Below the pieces are notes generated by a model, which searched no databases, was not told the origin of the DNA, and worked only from the letters and a program-made list of their open reading frames with translations. Positions 7,791 to 17,900 of a stretch of 51,771 bases of DNA are shown here, piece after piece (the stretch's first letter is position 1; the number at the start of each line of letters is the position of its first letter). The stretch spans positions 1 to 51,771 of the forward strand of contig JABRVU010000157.1 in NCBI GenBank assembly GCA_039961895.1. The letters are read 5' to 3'. Source of the DNA: Phycisphaerae bacterium (GTDB taxonomy: Bacteria > Planctomycetota > Phycisphaerae > UBA1845 > PWPN01). The position numbers were made by a program, and so were the translations under genes.

Positions 7791-9437
7791 ATGTCGCGCC
7801 CACAAGGGCAAGAAACAGAGAGGACCCCGGTGGAAACACGAAGCAACCCGACACCCCACAGCCCGGCATCCGGATCGGGCGCTGAGCCGACGCCGCTTTC
7901 AGCGGACGGTCTGGTGCTCGTTCCTCTGGCAGCCGCCGCGGCCTTGGACCCGTCCGTGTTCAGCAAGGTCAACGCCTCCGAAGCGATCCCGGCCTCCTGG
8001 GAGGACCGGGCGCGCAAGGCCTGGGAGTACTACCTCGAAGAGCCGCTGGTGAAGAACTGCGTCAACTCCTGGCGCACCTTCGCCGTGGGCGAAGAAATCA
8101 AGATCGCGGGCGATGACGAGAAGGTGAAATGGGAGGCCGTGGATGTCGCCGACCGCCTGGGCGTCTCCGAGTTCGTCAAGGACATGATTCTCCAGCTCCT
8201 GGTCAAAGGCGACGCCGTCGGATTCAAACGCTACACCAAGGACGGCAAGGATCTGGAGGAACTGGTCTGCGTCAACCCGGTTTCGGTCAAGGTCAAGTAC
8301 GCCCAAGGGCGGCTCGTCGAAGCCCGGCAGACGCCGGAAGACAATCCCGCCGCGGACGAGGGGCTGGACCTGCCCGTGGAGCAGGTGCTCCACCTCAAGT
8401 GGGACGCGCCGGCCTTCTCGCCACGGGGCAACTCGCTCGTCCTTCCCGCGTTCCAGTCCATCGAACTTCTCCGCGACTACCGCCGGGCCGAACAGGCCAT
8501 CGCCAAGCGCTGGGCCACGCCATTCAGGCTTCTCAAAGTCGGTGGCGCGTTCGGCCAGAAGATGGTCATGCCCGACCAGAAGATGCTCGAACAGGTCCGG
8601 GACATGGTCAACAAGATGGACCTCAAGAGCGGCTTGGTCGTCCCTTTCTACGTCACGGTCGAGACCCACGGCACCGAAGGGCAGGTCCTCAACGTCGAGG
8701 ACAAGGTCAAGGAGGTGAAGGAGGACATCGTCGTGGCGCTAGGCCTCTCGCGGTCGCTGGTGACCGGGGACGGCCCGAACTTCGCCACGGCCTCGGTGAG
8801 CCTCCAGAAGATGCTGGTGATGATCCGGGAGATCAAGCAGGCCGCCCGGAGCATCCTGAACTGGATATTCAACGACTGGCTGGAGCTCAAAGGCTGGGAA
8901 GACAAGACGCTCCAGTTCCTGTTCAACGACCTTGATCCCTCGGACGCGGTCGATTTCAAGCGCCTGCTCATCGAGCTCTACGACCGCAAGCTCATCAGCC
9001 GTTCGAGCCTGCAACTGAAGATGGACCTCGACCCTGACATCGAGGCGGCCAACCGGGAGACCGAGAAGCGCTCGGTGGACATGCTCGACGAAAAGCAGAT
9101 CAAGCCCATCGTCGATATGGTGACCGCCGGAATCATGGGCGTCGAGACGGCCCAGGAGATGCTCGGCCTCGATCCGGCGAAGAACCCGACGGGAAGTCGC
9201 GCCGAGGCATCGTGGGCCGGGCCGTTCGCCCGCGCAAGCATCGCCGCCGCCGTGTGCGACGATTGCGCGCATTTCGACGGCGATCTCAACCACTGCCGGG
9301 TCCAACGAAACGAAACCACCTTCGATACACCGGTCTGCCGTTTCTTCGACCCGAAGACCGCCGCGATGGAACGCGGTTCCGACCGGGAGAAGGAACCGAC
9401 GTCCCGGCAGGCAGCGTGCCGGGAGTGCGGGGGATGA
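7791..9437 (+). CDS. Portal protein
   Basis: 548 aa, lying between terL and the MuF gene. Size and position are typical of a portal. The start is uncertain: ATG 7791 has no SD, while GTG 7830 follows GAGAGG. Cys-rich C-terminal tail. Confidence 0.7.
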   Translation: MSRPQGQETERTPVETRSNPTPHSPASGSGAEPTPLSADGLVLVPLAAAAALDPSVFSKVNASEAIPASWEDRARKAWEYYLEEPLVKNCVNSWRTFAVGEEIKIAGDDEKVKWEAVDVADRLGVSEFVKDMILQLLVKGDAVGFKRYTKDGKDLEELVCVNPVSVKVKYAQGRLVEARQTPEDNPAADEGLDLPVEQVLHLKWDAPAFSPRGNSLVLPAFQSIELLRDYRRAEQAIAKRWATPFRLLKVGGAFGQKMVMPDQKMLEQVRDMVNKMDLKSGLVVPFYVTVETHGTEGQVLNVEDKVKEVKEDIVVALGLSRSLVTGDGPNFATASVSLQKMLVMIREIKQAARSILNWIFNDWLELKGWEDKTLQFLFNDLDPSDAVDFKRLLIELYDRKLISRSSLQLKMDLDPDIEAANRETEKRSVDMLDEKQIKPIVDMVTAGIMGVETAQEMLGLDPAKNPTGSRAEASWAGPFARASIAAAVCDDCAHFDGDLNHCRVQRNETTFDTPVCRFFDPKTAAMERGSDREKEPTSRQAACRECGG

Positions 9438-12400
9438 TCGGTGCGCTCGCGGCAGAACGTCCGCTCTCCCAAGCCGAGGCCATCCGCCTGGCCACGGAGA
9501 AAAGCGTCCGCGCCCGCAATCTCTATACGGAGCAAACGGTCGCCGAGCTGACCGCGATGCTTGCCGGGGCCGAGGAGGAGGTCCGCCGCGCTATCCTCCG
9601 CTACAAGAGTCTCGGCTCCCTCCCCGACAACAAGCTGGCCGCTCTCGAAGGTCTCAAGAAACTCCAAGCCGACATCCAGGAGACCACGAGCCGCCTGCAC
9701 CGGGAGCAGACGCTGCTTTTCCGGAAGACGGCCAAGACATCCTTCCGCCAGGGCATCTACCGAGGCATCGACGAGTTCGCCGCGGCCCAGCTTCCCTTTT
9801 ACCGCGACTTGACCCCGGAGGGCATCGACAAGCTCGCCACCCGAGTGTTCACCCTGGTGGATACCGATGCCCTCGATTTCATGACCAACTACAACCTGGT
9901 CCTGGCCGGCGACGTCAACCGCGAGCTGGCCGACGGCATCAAACGGGTCGTGATGGGCGGCATCGCCACCGGCAAGGGCGTCGAGGACATCGTCCGCGAC
10001 CTCGGGCGCGTGGTGAAAGACCCGGAGTCCTTCCGCTACGCCGGTTCCAAGGTGTTCACCAAGGCGCAGTATCGCATGGAGGTGATCGCCCGCACGGAGG
10101 TCCTGCGCGCCCATAACCAGGGGCGACTCAAGTTCCACGACCGGGTCGGAGTCCGGAAACTCGAATGGATGACCATGGAGGACGAGCGGGTCTGCCCGGT
10201 CTGCGGGCCGCTGGACGGCAAGGTGTTCGACACGAACCGCTTTCCCCGGCAACCGGCCCATCCCAACTGCCGCTGTACGAGTGTGGTCGCTTGGCCCCTG
10301 GTGATCTGCGGAGGAGAGCTGGGGGCGAAAGCCGCGGCTGAACCCGCCGCGTGCATCATCCCGCCCCAGGCCATCGAAGAGCAGGCGAAGGCCAAGGCGG
10401 CGGAAGACGCGAAGCTCAAGGCAGCCTTCGAAGGCGGACAGATCGCCGACCTGAACACTCTAAGCGTGAAGCAACTCCAGACCCTGGCCAAGCAGAACGG
10501 CGTCTCCATCGCCCGGACCAAAGCCGACTTCATCCATCTGCTCGACGCGGCGGAGCCGGGCGTGGACCACTCCACCCTCTCCGGAGCCGCCCTCGACGCC
10601 AAGCTCAAACAACACAAGATCGGCCTGCTCCGCACCAAGGACGACCTGATCCAACTCCTGGCGCAGAAACAGGCGTCCCTCAAGCAGGCGCAGCAACTGG
10701 CGGACCAGCTCAAGAAGATTCCGCCGAGCGGCGGGCTGCATGACCTCACCGTGGTCGAGCTGCAGGAGATGGCCAAAGCCAAGGGCGTCTCCCTCAACAT
10801 GACCAAGCAGGACGTGATCGACCTGCTCGACGAGTTGGAACCCGGCGTCGATCACAAGGCGCTCCAAGGCGCGACCCTGATCGACGCCAAGAAGAAGCAC
10901 CACATCGGCCCGCTCAAGAACAAGCAGCAGCTTGTCAAGGCGCTGGAAAAGGCGGCCGGTGAGGAACTGGCGGAAAAGGCCAAGAAGGAAGCTCTCGAAG
11001 CAGCCGAGAAGGCCGCAATCAACAAGGCGAAACAGGCTGTCGAACAGACCGCTGCAAAGGTGATCGTGCCGGAGTCCCCCGCAGGATACGCCGACTTCCT
11101 CTCGGCGGTGAAAGATGCGGAATCGGCGCTCGCGGCTTCGCACGGTCTGCCGCAGGAGATACTCGAAGGACACGCCAAAGAGCTCGCCCTCAAGAAAAAG
11201 CTATTTCAGGATCAGGTCGCGGCCATGAAGGTGGGCGACCTCAAGACCCTGGCCAAGGACACAAAGCTCAAGCACTGGCAGTGGGCGAACAAGGACGAAC
11301 TGGTCACTCTGCTTACGGAGACCGACCCGGCCAAGATCGAGGCCGCCAAGGCCGGCATCGAAACGAAACACGCCACCTGGTTGGAAAAGCACGGCGGCAA
11401 AAAGAAGGCCGCCGCGCCGGAATCGGCGAAGCCCGCGCCGACTCCGAAACCAACGCCACCGTCCCCGCCGGTTTTCACCAAGAAAGGCGCTCAGTTCGAG
11501 GAGACGGACGCGGCATGGATCGCCAAGGGCAAGCCGGGGAACTTCAAGCCCGCGGGCAAGGCCCAGGTCGGCGGCGCGCACAACAAGGAGTTCTGGACCG
11601 ATGAAAAAGGCGACCGCTGGCTGTTCAAACCGGTGGAACGTTCCGGCGACGACTTCATCGCCTATGGAGAGGAAGTCGCCTACAAGATCGGACGCCTCAT
11701 CGATCCGAACGCGGTCGAGGTCCGCACCATCCGCTTGAATGGACGCCTCGGCTCCATCCAGAAGTGGCGGACCGACCTCAAGGAGCGTTTCGACTTCGCC
11801 GGATTGGACCTCGCAGACCTCACCACCCTCGACATCGAGCAGATTCAGCGGGAGCACGTCGTCGACTGGTTGATCTCCAATCATGACGGCCATGCCAAGC
11901 AATTTCTGCGGGCTCGTGACGGGAAGGTCTACGGCATCGACAAGGGGCAGATCTTCAAATACCTGGGTGAGGACCGCCTGGCCGTCGACTATCACCCGAA
12001 CTCCAAGTACGGAGAACAAGAGCCCTTTTACAATACGGTTTTCCGCGCCGCCAAGGAAGGCAAGGTCAAAATCGATCCCGCGGCGACTCTCCGCTACATC
12101 CGCGAGGCGGAGAAGATCGCCGACGAGGATTACCTGGCCATTCTGCGTCCCTATGCCGAGGGACGGTTCGGAGGGGACGAATCCCGCAAGCAAGCCTTTT
12201 ACGATTTAGCACTTGCTCGGAAAAGGAATCTTCGGCGCGACTTCGAGGGCTTCTATGCGGACGTGTTGGGCCGTCGGGACTTCCGTTTCGAGGATGTGTT
12301 GGAGGCGCTGCCGAAGACGCGTTTGGGGCCGACCGAGGAGGCGCTTCTTGAGGAAGTCCGCTCCCTCGGCTGGCAAGGGAAGGTGCTACCCTTCGACGAG

Positions 12401-13999
12401 GACGACATCGAGGATCAGAACGCCCTGGTCTTCGTCGAGACCTTGAAGGGAAAGCAGCGGACCGTGGTCAAGATGAAAGTTCGGCCTGAAGCGGAGGGAA
12501 AGCTTCTTGAGGCGCTGCGCAAGGCGGGAGTCGACACCACAGCCGCCCGGGTGGGTGAAGCGCTGCCGCAGGACGTTTTCGCCCAGGACATATTGGCCGC
12601 GGTGAAAACGGTCAACCACCACGCCACGGACCAGCAGTACAACCAGGGGACGCTCAAAAAGGCTGCGGACCATCTGAAGGCGTTAAAGCGCCTGGCTGAC
12701 TCGGACGATCCCGACGAACAAGCCATGGCCCGAAGCTACATCGACTGGATTGAGAAGGTCCAGGAAGCAGCCCGTGAACACAAACCGGTCGCCGGACGGT
12801 TCGATGTATATCTCAAGAAACATGCCGCGCCGGAAAAGAAACCCAAAAAGGTTCCCTTCACCGTGCGCCGGACGAAGGTGCTTCAGGCCAAACGAGAGCT
12901 CAAGAACGGCGAACTCGTTGTCGTGGACGAGGCGGCGGACAACTCGGCGCTGTTCCGCGGTCGTGCCATGAAGGCCGGCGAGCAGTTCGAAATCGATTTC
13001 GGCGACGGCACGCGCGCCGTCTACCGCCCGTGGTCGGACAAGAACCTCTACGCCCAGCAAGGGGAATTCGAAATGGTCCTGCCAGACAGGCCGGACGTCA
13101 AGAGCCTCGAAAGGGCTATGGAACGGATGGAATCGTTGGGCATCAAGGCAGGTGCGGCCACGCCGCAGGACGCCGAGCTTCTCTATCTTCACAAGCAAGC
13201 CTACCTCGCCAAGGTGGACCGAGAGCCGGACTACAAGCGGCTGGTCGAGGACCTTGATCGCCGGGCGGCGAGCAAGGAGGAACGCATCCGCGAGATGCGC
13301 GGCTTCTGGGAAAAACGGCTCGGAGTGAAAGACATCACCCGCATGCCGGGCTACGACCCCATGGGCGAATACCAGGCCGCTTTCAAGAATCCCGCCAAGC
13401 GAGCAGGCTACAGGCATCAATACCGCTTCGACATTTCCGACGCGGACATCGAGAAGCAGATGAAGGGATACGGCCTTCATCACCGGCTGACCAACGGCGA
13501 GGACGTGGCGTCGTTCATCGACGCGGCGCTGGGAAACAACGGAGCCATGGTGAGTACGGTCGAGAAGCTGCGCGCCGGGGTGCCGGTGGGTGGGATGTCG
13601 CCGGAAGCGGACATGGACACCGGCGGTGCGAGCTATTTCTTCACCCGGATCAAGAAGCTCCCGACGGCCGGAGGGCCGTCCGACACGGGGCTCTACTTCA
13701 AGAAGCGGATGCTCCGTCGCATGGACGCCATCAGTTACGACCACGACGCCTTCGGGCGGGTGAGGGACGAATACGTCTCGAACCACCGGGGGAGCACGCC
13801 CGAGGAGTGGAAACAGTTCGCCCGCCGAGGTAGCAACGAGACGATCTTCAAGTACTCGGTGACCCTGCTGGACAACATCGACGTGATCGTGGTCGGAAGC
13901 GAGCGGGAAAAACAACGGCTGTTGGAGGTCTTCCGCAACCGAAAAATCATGAAGCTGCCCGACGGCCGCAAGATCGAGGAGATCGTACTGGTGAGGTGA
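9434..13999 (+). CDS. Giant MuF-domain polyvalent virion protein (1521 aa): MuF + HeH/SAP-like repeats + PI3/4-kinase-like domain + unassigned C-terminal domain
   Basis: ATG 9434 in an ATGA overlap with the portal stop. The MuF (SPP1 gp7) signature ends ...EDERVCPVCGPLDGKVF...PAHPNCRCT (about 9850-10290). Kinase-like motifs: LFKPVERSGDDF, NHDGHAKQ, GIDKGQ (11621-11950). Confidence 0.8.
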   Translation: MIGALAAERPLSQAEAIRLATEKSVRARNLYTEQTVAELTAMLAGAEEEVRRAILRYKSLGSLPDNKLAALEGLKKLQADIQETTSRLHREQTLLFRKTAKTSFRQGIYRGIDEFAAAQLPFYRDLTPEGIDKLATRVFTLVDTDALDFMTNYNLVLAGDVNRELADGIKRVVMGGIATGKGVEDIVRDLGRVVKDPESFRYAGSKVFTKAQYRMEVIARTEVLRAHNQGRLKFHDRVGVRKLEWMTMEDERVCPVCGPLDGKVFDTNRFPRQPAHPNCRCTSVVAWPLVICGGELGAKAAAEPAACIIPPQAIEEQAKAKAAEDAKLKAAFEGGQIADLNTLSVKQLQTLAKQNGVSIARTKADFIHLLDAAEPGVDHSTLSGAALDAKLKQHKIGLLRTKDDLIQLLAQKQASLKQAQQLADQLKKIPPSGGLHDLTVVELQEMAKAKGVSLNMTKQDVIDLLDELEPGVDHKALQGATLIDAKKKHHIGPLKNKQQLVKALEKAAGEELAEKAKKEALEAAEKAAINKAKQAVEQTAAKVIVPESPAGYADFLSAVKDAESALAASHGLPQEILEGHAKELALKKKLFQDQVAAMKVGDLKTLAKDTKLKHWQWANKDELVTLLTETDPAKIEAAKAGIETKHATWLEKHGGKKKAAAPESAKPAPTPKPTPPSPPVFTKKGAQFEETDAAWIAKGKPGNFKPAGKAQVGGAHNKEFWTDEKGDRWLFKPVERSGDDFIAYGEEVAYKIGRLIDPNAVEVRTIRLNGRLGSIQKWRTDLKERFDFAGLDLADLTTLDIEQIQREHVVDWLISNHDGHAKQFLRARDGKVYGIDKGQIFKYLGEDRLAVDYHPNSKYGEQEPFYNTVFRAAKEGKVKIDPAATLRYIREAEKIADEDYLAILRPYAEGRFGGDESRKQAFYDLALARKRNLRRDFEGFYADVLGRRDFRFEDVLEALPKTRLGPTEEALLEEVRSLGWQGKVLPFDEDDIEDQNALVFVETLKGKQRTVVKMKVRPEAEGKLLEALRKAGVDTTAARVGEALPQDVFAQDILAAVKTVNHHATDQQYNQGTLKKAADHLKALKRLADSDDPDEQAMARSYIDWIEKVQEAAREHKPVAGRFDVYLKKHAAPEKKPKKVPFTVRRTKVLQAKRELKNGELVVVDEAADNSALFRGRAMKAGEQFEIDFGDGTRAVYRPWSDKNLYAQQGEFEMVLPDRPDVKSLERAMERMESLGIKAGAATPQDAELLYLHKQAYLAKVDREPDYKRLVEDLDRRAASKEERIREMRGFWEKRLGVKDITRMPGYDPMGEYQAAFKNPAKRAGYRHQYRFDISDADIEKQMKGYGLHHRLTNGEDVASFIDAALGNNGAMVSTVEKLRAGVPVGGMSPEADMDTGGASYFFTRIKKLPTAGGPSDTGLYFKKRMLRRMDAISYDHDAFGRVRDEYVSNHRGSTPEEWKQFARRGSNETIFKYSVTLLDNIDVIVVGSEREKQRLLEVFRNRKIMKLPDGRKIEEIVLVR
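10451..11325 (+). repeat. Protein-level tandem repeats of HeH/SAP-like helix-extended-helix modules inside the polyvalent protein
   Basis: Unit 1: LNTLSVKQLQTLAKQNGVSIARTKADFIHLLDAAEPGVDHSTLSGAALDAKLKQHKIGLLRTKDDLIQLL. Unit 2: LHDLTVVELQEMAKAKGVSLNMTKQDVIDLLDELEPGVDHKALQGATLIDAKKKHHIGPLKNKQQLVKAL. A further half unit, VGDLKTLAKDTKLKHWQWANKDELVTLL, lies at about 11231-11325. Confidence 0.7.
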
Positions 14000-14001
14000 G
14001 C

Positions 14002-14472
14002 ATGAAAGAGTTCATCGAAAAGGAAAAAGCCCGTCTGCAAGCACTCTTCGAGCCGTTCAACACCGGAGGCTCCTGGATGACGCTGGCGGACAAAGGCCGG
14101 ACGCCGGTCCGGCTCGGTATCGTGGACGGGTTCACCGTGACCCGCGTGGCCCCGCAATTCGACGCCGGCGGGAATTTGACGCGCATCGGTTTCTGGCTTC
14201 TCATCCGGCTCTCCGGATACGACGAGGGCTTCCAACACGCCCACACCATCAAGGTCGTCTCCTGGTCGCAGGACGACACCTACCTGCTCGATCTGCTCGA
14301 TGATCGGGACCGCAGGTTCCACATCGAGCTCATCTTCCCTGACCAGGAACCCAACGAGGCGGCGGACTGGAAGCGCTGGCGAGACTACAAGGCCGGAAAT
14401 CGGGACCGATTCGAACGGATCGACGCGGAGCTTCTGACCGAGCACACCCGCATTGCGGAGGAATGGGAATGA
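14002..14472 (+). CDS. Hypothetical protein (156 aa)
   Basis: ATG 14002, 3 nt after the polyvalent-protein stop and preceded by GGTGAGGTGAG. No family recognised. Confidence 0.6.
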   Translation: MKEFIEKEKARLQALFEPFNTGGSWMTLADKGRTPVRLGIVDGFTVTRVAPQFDAGGNLTRIGFWLLIRLSGYDEGFQHAHTIKVVSWSQDDTYLLDLLDDRDRRFHIELIFPDQEPNEAADWKRWRDYKAGNRDRFERIDAELLTEHTRIAEEWE

Positions 14473-14813
14473 AGCTCAGATACATGATCGAATACGCGCT
14501 CCGCGACCGTATCCGCAACCCGCGCTACGAACCCATCGGCGTCTGGGTTCAGGGCCCGGGACCGGGATTGGACCTGGTGATCGATTTCCTGCCCGGAAAC
14601 GCGGACGCCGAGGAAGACGCTCAGTGGGTGGTCAACCGGCTGGTCGAACAAGGAGTCAGCGGTCTGCCCGACGATTTTCTGGCCTACCACCAGGGCACTC
14701 TTTCCCAATACCGCGGCATGCGCGGTCCCGTGGTCGAAAGCGACGAATACCCGTCCGCAGAGGCCTGCGCCCGGTCGGTCATCGACCGGATCAAGTCGGG
14801 CCGCATCTCCTGA
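14469..14813 (+). CDS. Hypothetical protein (114 aa)
   Basis: ATG 14469 in an ATGA overlap with the upstream stop; alternative ATG at 14463. No family recognised. Confidence 0.55.
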   Translation: MKLRYMIEYALRDRIRNPRYEPIGVWVQGPGPGLDLVIDFLPGNADAEEDAQWVVNRLVEQGVSGLPDDFLAYHQGTLSQYRGMRGPVVESDEYPSAEACARSVIDRIKSGRIS

Positions 14814-14821
14814 TCCCCCCT

Positions 14822-14852
14822 CCGACACTTTTCGACGGTCTCCGGTAGGTAT
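14822..14852 (+). promoter_or_regulatory. Bipartite motif copy d: CCGACA-N18-TAGGTAT
   Basis: CCGACA 14822-14827, spacer ends CTCCGG, TAGGTAT 14846-14852. The flank CTGATCCCC..CCGACACTT is shared with copy e. Confidence 0.65.
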
Positions 14853-14955
14853 CCAAGCGACAGGGCTCTCGGCCTGATTTCGGGGTTCACCCCGGGCACG
14901 GGCCGACCGCCCACCGGCATCAACCGGATTTGTCGCGACATGACCGGAGAACCGA

Positions 14956-17900
14956 ATGGAGCTTTTCGCAACTGACCGTGAACGGCTGGCGTTCCTCCTC
15001 GAAACGGACGCCGCCCTGGACCTGGACTTCGAGGCGCTCGAGGCCCAGGCCGAGGCGGCTGCCGAGGAGCCGTCGCCGGAAGAGCGGCCAAAATACATCA
15101 CCAACTACATCGGCTCGAAGCAGAAGCTGGTCGACTGGATTTGGAAACACACGCCGGAGGGGGTGGAATCCGCGGCCGACGCCTTCTCTGGTTCGGCGGT
15201 CGTGGCCTACATGTACAAGACCAAGGGCCTGCGGGTACTGGCCAACGACCGGCTGCGCTACTGCCACCACGCGGCCCGGGCGATCATCGAGAACGACAAG
15301 GTGCGTCTCTCCGATGAGGACCTGGAGGCGCTGCTCGCGGACAACGCGAAGGCCGGAACCTTCGTCCGGGACAACTTCAAGGGCATCTTCTTCGCCAAGG
15401 GCGTCCACGGCCTGATCGACACGATCCGGTCGAACATCGACAAACTCTCGGGTTTCAAGAAAGACATCGCTCTCTTCGCCCTGGGCAAGACCTGCATGTC
15501 CGGCAAGGGCGGCTTCGGGCATTTCTCGTCGTCGACCCGCTACGGCAAGCGCGAGGACACCCCGGAGGAATTCAAGGAGCGGCTGCGCAAGAACGTGGCC
15601 CGCATCAACGCCCTCGTTTTCGACAACGGCAAGGAGTGCAAGGCATCCCGCAAGGACATCAACGACTTCCTGCCGGAGGCCAAGGCCGACCTCGCCTATT
15701 TCGATCCGCCCTACGCCACGGAGTTTTCGACCACCAACTACGAGAAATCCTACCACTTCGTGGAAGGACTGATGACCTATTGGGAGGGGCTGACCCTCGT
15801 CGAGGATTCCAAGACCAAGCACTACGAGACCGACCACAAGACCGTGACCCGCGCCAACGCCGCGGAGTTCTTCGAGTCCTTCCTCGGAAACGCCAGGCAT
15901 ATCCCGCACTGGCTGATTTCATACCGCGACCACGCCTATCCGAACGAATCGGAGATGCGGCGGATCATCGCCTCCCTGGGACGGGATTCGTCGATGCGCT
16001 CCCACGATCACCATTACGCCATCACATCCCGGCACGGCGAGGCGTCCCACGCCAAGGAACGTCTGTTCATCTGCCGCAAGGCCGAAGGTGTGGAGCGGTC
16101 CGCCAAGGCGTCCACAGAGGACAGCCTGCGGGCGGAAGCCGTCTGGGAGGAAACCGAGAATGAGGTCCGCTTCCGTGTCCGGAACCCGGACGAGTTCGAA
16201 CCCGACAGCTTCCGCCGCAAGCCCCTGGAGGGCGTCGACGGCGTTGCGATCATCATCGGACGCTTGAAGAAGGAGTTCGTGCCCGAGGGCGGCAATCCGC
16301 GCGCCATGGTGTTGCAGGCCTACCGGTTCGTCCGCAAGACGGAGAAGAACCCGGACGGCTGGACCGTGGAAAAAGCCAAGGAGTGGATCGACAAGCACGA
16401 AGCCGGACGGGCCGTGGATGCCGCCCTGCGCGTGGAGGAGAACCTGATCGCTCTGGCGGATGCGCCGCTTGGCGAATCGCTGGACCTCTTGAGCTGCCAG
16501 GCCGGGAAAGCGGAGTCGGTCCGCGTCACCGGTTTCATGGGCAGCAAGTACCTGATGCTCGGCTGGATCGAAAGCCATGTCCCCAAGGACGCGGAGAGCA
16601 TCCTCGATGCTTTTTCAGGCGGGGCCAACGTCGCCTATCACTTCAAACGCAAAGGGCTGAAAGTCATCGCCAACGATCTCCTGCGGTATCCCCACCATCT
16701 GGCGCGGGCCGTGGTGGAGAACTCCAGCGAGACTCTGAGCGACGAGGACGTGGACCGAATCCTCGCCCCCAATGCGGACGCGGGCACCTTTATCGTCGAT
16801 CACTTCTACGGCTACTACTACACCAAGCCGGTGCTCCGGTGGCTCGACCAAGTCTGGGCGAACATCCAGAAGCTTCACGGCTACAAGAAAGATCTGGCGC
16901 TGGCCGCGCTCGGCACGACCGTCAAGGCCAAGAGCGCCTTCGGTCAGTTTTCGCGGTCCAAGATGCACCGCAAGGCAGACCTCGACACGGATGCCAGCCT
17001 GGAGCAATCCCAGCTCTCCAATCCGCCGCTGTCCAAGTTCATCGAGTCGTTCCGGCGATCGGTGGGCCAGCTCAACCGGCTGGTCTTCGACAACGGCAAA
17101 GAGTGCAAGGCCTTCAACCTGGATGCGGCCGAGGCGGTCCGGCGATTCGGCGCGGACGTTCTGTATCTGGACCCGCCCTACGTCACCGAGTTCGGCAGCA
17201 ACGATTACGAGGACTCCCTGCATTTCATCGAAGGGCTCATGACCCGCTGGGCGGACAAGGAACTCCAGGACAATCCCCGCCGCAACTATCCGTCCCGGAC
17301 GCGTTACACCAAGGAATCGATCCGTTCCCTGATGGAGACGATGGCAGCTGACGCCCGGGGCAAGTACGGCACGGTGCTCCTGTCATACCGCGACCGGGCT
17401 TTCCCGCGGGAAGAGGAAATCAAGGAGATATTCGCCGAGCACTACGGTCTCGTCCGAGTCCGCGGCATGGAGGTGGACTACAACATCGCCAAGGACATCG
17501 GCCGGGAAGGCAAACACGCCCGGGAACTGCTCTTCGTCGCTTCCAAATCACGCGGTGCGGCGCGCTCCAAAGCGGATACGCGGGCACCGGCGGCATGTCA
17601 CACCTCGTTCCCCGTGGAGCTGTCGTTCGATACGTTTTCCGGGCTCCAGACCGAAGCGGCGGCATTGGACCAGGCCGCGGGCGATCCGCAGTTCACCTTC
17701 ATCCTCTGCCGGGCCGGCACGAACAAGAACGGCGACCACTTCACCCCAGACGAACTGGCCGCCCGCTACATGACGGCGATCAACAAGAAGATCGACCTGA
17801 AGCATTCCCAGGATTTCACCGACATCGTCGGCGGCATTGTGGGGGCGGATTACGTGGAGGACGAAAGCGGCGGCCGGATCGAGTGCGCGGGCGAACTCTA

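Noticed and set aside
7612-7869. N-terminal 86-codon extension of the ATPase ORF (6280-7869)
   Set aside because: The extension is Gly/Pro/Cys-rich and runs across the intergenic promoter region and motif copy c. ATG 7611 (MARSDLMIET) gives a normal COG1373-type N-terminus.
9212-9433. Upstream extension of the polyvalent-protein ORF (track start 9212)
   Set aside because: This part overlaps the portal C-terminus in another frame and translates to Arg/Pro-rich junk. ATG 9434 sits in an ATGA overlap with the portal stop and begins sensible sequence.
8978-10261. Long antisense ORFs opposite well-supported genes (for example 8978-10261, 12683-13915, 19199-20533, 22987-24153, 32496-34019, 33893-36004, 37776-39257, 44206-45624, 46957-48135, all on the - strand)
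   Set aside because: They are typical shadow ORFs of a high-GC genome. Their translations are Arg/Gly/Pro/Ala-rich and low-complexity. They have no ribosome-binding sites. Each overlaps a + strand gene with a recognisable family signature.
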